DNA of 64,000 nt, taken from contig CDMY01000336.1 in assembly GCA_001179505.1 (NCBI GenBank), positions 248,001 to 312,000 on the forward strand, written 5' to 3'. Source of the stretch: Vitrella brassicaformis CCMP3155. Its lineage: Eukaryota; Protista; Chromerida. The notes below the pieces were generated by a model, which worked only from the letters and a program-made list of their open reading frames with translations, was not told where the DNA came from and did no database searches. Position numbers and translations under genes: made by a program. Below are positions 59,301 through 64,000 of this stretch, one piece after another (position 1 is the stretch's first letter; each line of letters starts with the position of its first letter).

Positions 59301-62300
59301 AGCACCGCCTTGTCCCGCCATCTGCGCATCGAATGTGAGCTGTCAAAGCAGACTAATCGACTTCACTGTATGTGTCTCGGGGATGTGTGTGCAGATCGTA
59401 GTAGGACCATGTCCTTTTCCAGAGTTCTAGCCCGCGGGAGGCGGGAGAGCCTCGGTTCCGGATGGTGGGATGATGAGCAGCGTCCCCGTCTCCCTCCCCT
59501 TCAGGTGGGTGATCCATCGCTTCGCATCAATCACGTCGGCCACACATGCATGTATGTCATTTGTTTGTGTCCGTCTATCTGCCAACCAGGGACCTCACGA
59601 GACTGGGGAGTAGTACTAGTAGTGGGACCATGATGTCCTTTCGCGGGAGGCGGAAGGGCCTCCCTCGCGGGAGGTGGGAGAGGCTTGATGAGGATGTCCC
59701 CCCCAGAGAAGAGGTGGTGGAAGAATGAATCTGATGAGCACCATCCCCGTCCCCGTCCCCCTCCCCAGCCTGTGCACCTGTCGGCACTGCCGCGCACCAT
59801 CCCGGAGGACTGCACAGTGCGCCGCAGGTACGTAAGTCAAAGAGAGAAGAAAGGCCTCATAGACAGATTTGCTGATATCTTCTCTTTTTTCCCTCGCAGC
59901 GGGGATTCTACGGTGGGCTGCTGGGGGAGACCAAGCGGTGGCTGGCAGAGAAGGCCCGCTACGCCGAGAGGGAGGTGCGGTCGCTTCGCGACCAGCTGAA
60001 GTCGACGCGTCAGGACCCGGTGTGTATGTGTTTGTTGCTGGTGTGCAGATCGTTGTCTACATTTTATATCTGACGGACTGATGACGACCCATCGACAGCA
60101 CCGCCTTGTCCCGCCATCTGCGCATCGAATGTGAGCTGTCAAAGCAGACTGATCGACTCCACTGTATGTGTCTCGGGGATGTGTGTGCAGAGCGATGACC
60201 GTCTACTTCATTCAAGCTTGGCTTCTATTAGGATCCCCGGCGGCGCCTCAGGTACGTAAGTCAAAAAGAGAAGAAAAGACTCATAGACAGATTCGCTCAT
60301 ACATATCTTCTCTTTGTTCCCTCTCATACTTGGCCGCCTTGGCGGCCACCGAGAGACGTACTTTGGTCATGGAGCTAGGGAAGACCTCCACGACCTTCAT
60401 TTGTGTACACACCACGCCCTTGTTTTGGCCAAGGAGGTGCGCTCTCTGTCTATGTATGGATTTCCGTGCAGCCGTCGTGAAATGTGGGTCGCGAGGACGG
60501 GGAAACCAACGCCAAGGACACAGACCACCAGGTGAGCACAAACACACACACACACACACACACACGTATTCAGAGACGCACAATGTGTGTATGGGTGTGT
60601 GTGCAGTTCGGGCCTCTCCTACTGCATTCAAGTTTGGCTCCCGGAGGCCCCAAAGGTGCGTAAGTGAGGGAGAACAGAAGAGACTCATGAACATCCGCTC
60701 ATGTCTCTTCTCTCCTCCATTTGTCTACGCATATTTGGCCGCTTCGGCGGCCACGGAGGAACGGGGTGGGCGATGTCTGCATTGCATGATAGGACAGGGG
60801 CACGGCACACAACAAACAGGCAGCAGACTGGCAGACAGACGTCCATCTGTATGTATGTATGTATGTCGGCTGCGTGGGTCTTTCAGGTCGAGAAGTCCCT
60901 GACTACGACTGGCCCGGACCTCACGAGCACTACCGGGGACAAACACAAGGTGAGTGCGCCTCTAAACCCACCGACTCACCTATGTGCCGTCGTTGTGTGC
61001 GTGCAGCTCGAGATTCACGACAAGGACACCAAGATAACCACGGTACGCACACACGCACAGAGACACTGACACAGAGACAGACCCATGATAACCCGCACTT
61101 CACACCCGTGCTGTTCTCAGAAGTATCACAGAGGATCGAGACAAGTGCCACGAGCCACGTGCTGATCTAGCGGTTCGACGAGATCGCATCCAACGCCGCA
61201 ACACCCTCTCGTGAGCGACCAGTGTGTTTGGTGGCTGGTTCATTCATTCTTGTCTTTTGCCATCCATCCATCCATCAGGCGGAGAGCGAGTGAGGAGATA
61301 GAGACGCTGAAGGCGCGTGTGCGGGAGCTGGACGACCACCACACGGAGGTCGGGATGCGCACCAAGTGAGCACACACAATGCACCCACACATCGGATGCG
61401 ATGCGATGCATGTACATACCGACTCACATGTGAGCTTCACATCGTTTGTGCTGTCTGTCTTTGCTGCTTTGCTTCAGGTACATCCCAGACACGGAGGCCA
61501 AGAAGGACAGGGCGCTGGCTGACTTGGAGGTTGCCAGGGCCGGGATGAACAGGCTGCAGAACGAGCTGGCCCAGGCCAATCGGTGCGCCGCGCCAGCCCC
61601 CACCCACACCAACACACACACAACACATCAGTAACTGTTTCTCCTTTGTGTGTGTTGTTTGGTGTGTGTTGTGTGGCATGTAGGCGTGCTGACACGTGGC
61701 GGAGGCGCCACAAGGACACGGACGAGCAGCTCAAGACCCGCGACGATTCGCTCCGGTGAGTGACCACCACACACCACACCCAGGCATCCGCACTCCTTCA
61801 CACATTGATGCCGCTGGCTGTCTGATGTGGTGTGATGTATATACATCAATCAGTTCTCTGACGAGAGCCAAGGAGGCCGCCGAGGCGCAGAAGGCGTCCA
61901 CGGACTCGGTCCTCAAGATCATGGTCGACAAGGTGGTCAGGCTCGAGAAGGACATCGAGAGCTTCTCGCCCACCAGCCCACAGGCCACCATCAGGTGGGC
62001 GTCGATCGCTTCGCTTCACTCACGTCGGACAGCCCACACACACACATGCGTGTCATTTGTTTGTGTTGTTGGTGTCTGTCTATCTGCCAACCAACCAACC
62101 AACCAACCAACCAGGGACCTGACGAAACGGATCGCGGCACTGGAGCAGGAGCTGAGTGACAAGCAAGAGGAGATGCACATGCTCGTGGCCGCAGGTGACG
62201 AGGAGGCCGACCGGACACTCGACACCATCAAGACGTACGTAAGGGAGGCGAGAGGGAGGGAGGGAGGGAGGGAGGACACACATGTGCCTTGTTGACTCAC

Positions 62301-63722
62301 CCACGTGAACTGGTGGTTGGCGTCGGTCAGGTGCGAGGAGCAAATGGGGCGCCTGGCAGCGCAGAGGGCGAGGGCGCACAAGAAGACCGAGAAGCTGCGG
62401 CTGCACAAGGCGAAGCTCGTCGAGGGTTCCAAGGCGCTGGTGGCCCAGCGAACGGCCCTAACACACCGACTGGTATGCACGTCATCATCATCAGTCACAT
62501 ATAAGTACATACGGACTTGTGTACCCTCACTCACTCAGTGTTCCCTCCCTCCCTCCCTCCCTCCCTCCCCTGCTTGATTCCCTCCATGTGCGTGTCCAGG
62601 AGCGCAAGCAGACCACACATCGGGTATGTGAGTACATTATGCACACACCATACACAGACAGGGAGAGAAGGCATGGGGGTCTGTGTGTTGCAGTCTGGCC
62701 AAGTGTTTGCCGCACTGAGGGCCAATGTGACCATCGCCAGAGCGGAGAAGGACCTAAAGGTAAGGTATCCATCCCACAGCATCTCGTGACTTCTGTCCGG
62801 CACAGAAAAGTCTCCCTGTCTCTGCCTTCATCCACCCACCCCACTCATGTCTCCGTGTCTCTGTCTTCAGACCATTGCTGCGTACATTTTATATCCGGAT
62901 AGTCTCTCTTCACGCCATGAATGCCGGCTGCCGATCTCAGCTCAGCATCATGCGTTGACCAGCCTCAAAGCCTTCCAAGACTTTACGCATGGACAGGGGC
63001 CATACCCATGCAGATCTAGATACAGTGCATCGGGCCATCCCGTGAGCTCTGTCTGCTTTGAAGGCACAGCGGGCATTCATCATGTGTCCTTCCTTCTTGA
63101 CCCTCATTTCTCCGCCTATATATCTCCAGGACACTGCGATCGTGGCCTTGTGCAAGGAAGGTACACATCTTAGATACGATAGAGATGATCGCTCACACAT
63201 GCCATGCCGCCGGCGCCTTCCTTCATCTCTCTCTGTCTGTCTGTGTGTCTAGCGTATGGAGGCTGAGTTGGAGGGCACCAAGGAGAGGGGCCAGTACGCC
63301 GTCGATAGCACACGACGCATCCTCGCCGCACGAGCCATGTACACACACAGAGCACACCGCGGTTCCCTCCCTCCGTCCGTCCCTCACCCACTCTCTCTCT
63401 CTGTTTGGTTTGGTTTGCATATATGGATGCAGCCGTGACAAGTTGGTTGGCCAGAGGAGACTCGAGCTCAGCTGCGCTCTGCACTCCTGGCACCGCCAGT
63501 CACGTGCACGTGCCACTCCCCCCCACCCGCCGCCCCAATCGCTGGTGGAGACGTGTGAGCTGGGCTGCCAGACCGGTGGGGCATTGGGTGGGGTGGGCGT
63601 GGGCGTGTTGGTGAAACTACCTGAGACCCGCGATGTCAGTACAGCCACCGAGACCGAGGCGAGAGAGACAGAGGACAGAGCCGCTCAGACAGATAGTCGA
63701 CGGGACGACAGAGACCAAAACA
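53328..63722 (+). CDS. Fragmented multi-exon coiled-coil locus made of duplicated and reshuffled exons; probably partly pseudogenic
   Basis: Heptad-rich micro-exons such as RYDDLDQELRTKDDALR, LEDQVEELTAKL, EIETLKARVRELEE, RALADLEEAKAEMQRL and DLTKRIAALEQELSDKQEE. Several occur twice or more, some with lost splice sites. Confidence 0.55.
55061..55575. repeat. Segmental duplicate of about 61170-61650
   Basis: Shared gcggttcgacgagatc..caacgccgcaacaccctctcgtgagcg through the EAKKDRALADLE exon. Confidence 0.9.
55631..56745. repeat. Segmental duplicate of about 59603-60745
   Basis: Both start ctggggagtagtactagtagt and stay collinear for about 1.1 kb. Confidence 0.9.
56830..57255. repeat. Segmental duplicate of about 61580-62116
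   Basis: Shared LTRAKEAAEAQKASTDSVLKIMVDKVV(K/R)LEKDIESFSPTSPQATIR exon and flanking introns. Confidence 0.9.
58257..58563. repeat. Local tandem duplication of an intron end plus the (D/E)KIEDLERQLA exon
   Basis: acacctggtctgcctgcctgctcattgggtgcc..gatagaggacctggagcgacagctggc appears at about 58257 and 58448. Confidence 0.9.
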
Positions 63723-64000
63723 GGTGGGATTGTCGTTCATTCATTTGTTGTGGCGCTTTGGTTGGTTGATGTGGTGTGGTGTGGTGTTGCTCGGCTCGGC
63801 TCGGCTCGCAGGTGTGTGGGTGCGGTGGGTCTGAGTGGGCTGATCAGTCGTCGCAACGAGCTGCACGGCCGATCCCCTTCATCGGCTCTGGTACGTACGT
63901 ACGTACGTACGTGTGTGTCTGTCCCTTTCTCCCTCCCTCCCTCCCTCCCTCCCTCAAATATATCCCATTCATAGTAATACTATGTATTATGTACGTACCA

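Noticed and set aside
63890-63911. (GTAC)n self-complementary run
   Set aside because: An ordinary intronic microsatellite.
1-64000. Hundreds of overlapping ORFs in the six-frame track
   Set aside because: Most are antisense shadows of GC-rich exons or read-through into microsatellite introns (CVCVC, THTHT and LSVCLS peptides).
1-64000. CRISPR array, prokaryotic defence system, rRNA or tRNA
   Set aside because: No repeat-spacer periodicity, operon structure or recognisable structural RNA; the DNA is spliceosomal-intron eukaryotic.

Overview
This is eukaryotic, intron-rich, GC-rich genomic DNA. Introns are short GT-AG, typically about 70-130 nt, and full of (GT)n, (CA)n, (CTGT)n and (CATC)n microsatellites. 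There are three placeholder gaps of exactly 300 N. Style and gene families suggest a chromerid alveolate, most likely Vitrella brassicaformis (inference, not checked by search). Most ORF-track entries are antisense or intron read-through artefacts, so I rebuilt gene models by hand from splice signals. Recognisable genes are a Q/P-rich low-complexity protein, three ankyrin-family paralogues, a plastid-type PDZ-like plus 2Fe-2S ferredoxin, a YacP-like NYN nuclease, an SVIP-like peptide, a spliced YbeY-AcpS fusion, two DDX31/Dbp7 helicase C-terminal halves, a PTB-like two-RRM gene, WDR7 and an RPL7-like gene. There is also a tandem pair of small orphan genes and a 10 kb mosaic of reshuffled coiled-coil exons. 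The most interesting structure lies at 26.2-37.4 kb. A module made of two leader exons, a telomere-like repeat tract, a divergent promoter region and an ankyrin gene is present twice. In the two copies its leader exons splice in frame onto different downstream genes, and a 1.4 kb PTB-like gene is present in one copy and absent from the other. This looks like exon shuffling in progress. No prokaryotic systems, CRISPR arrays, transposase or reverse transcriptase were found.
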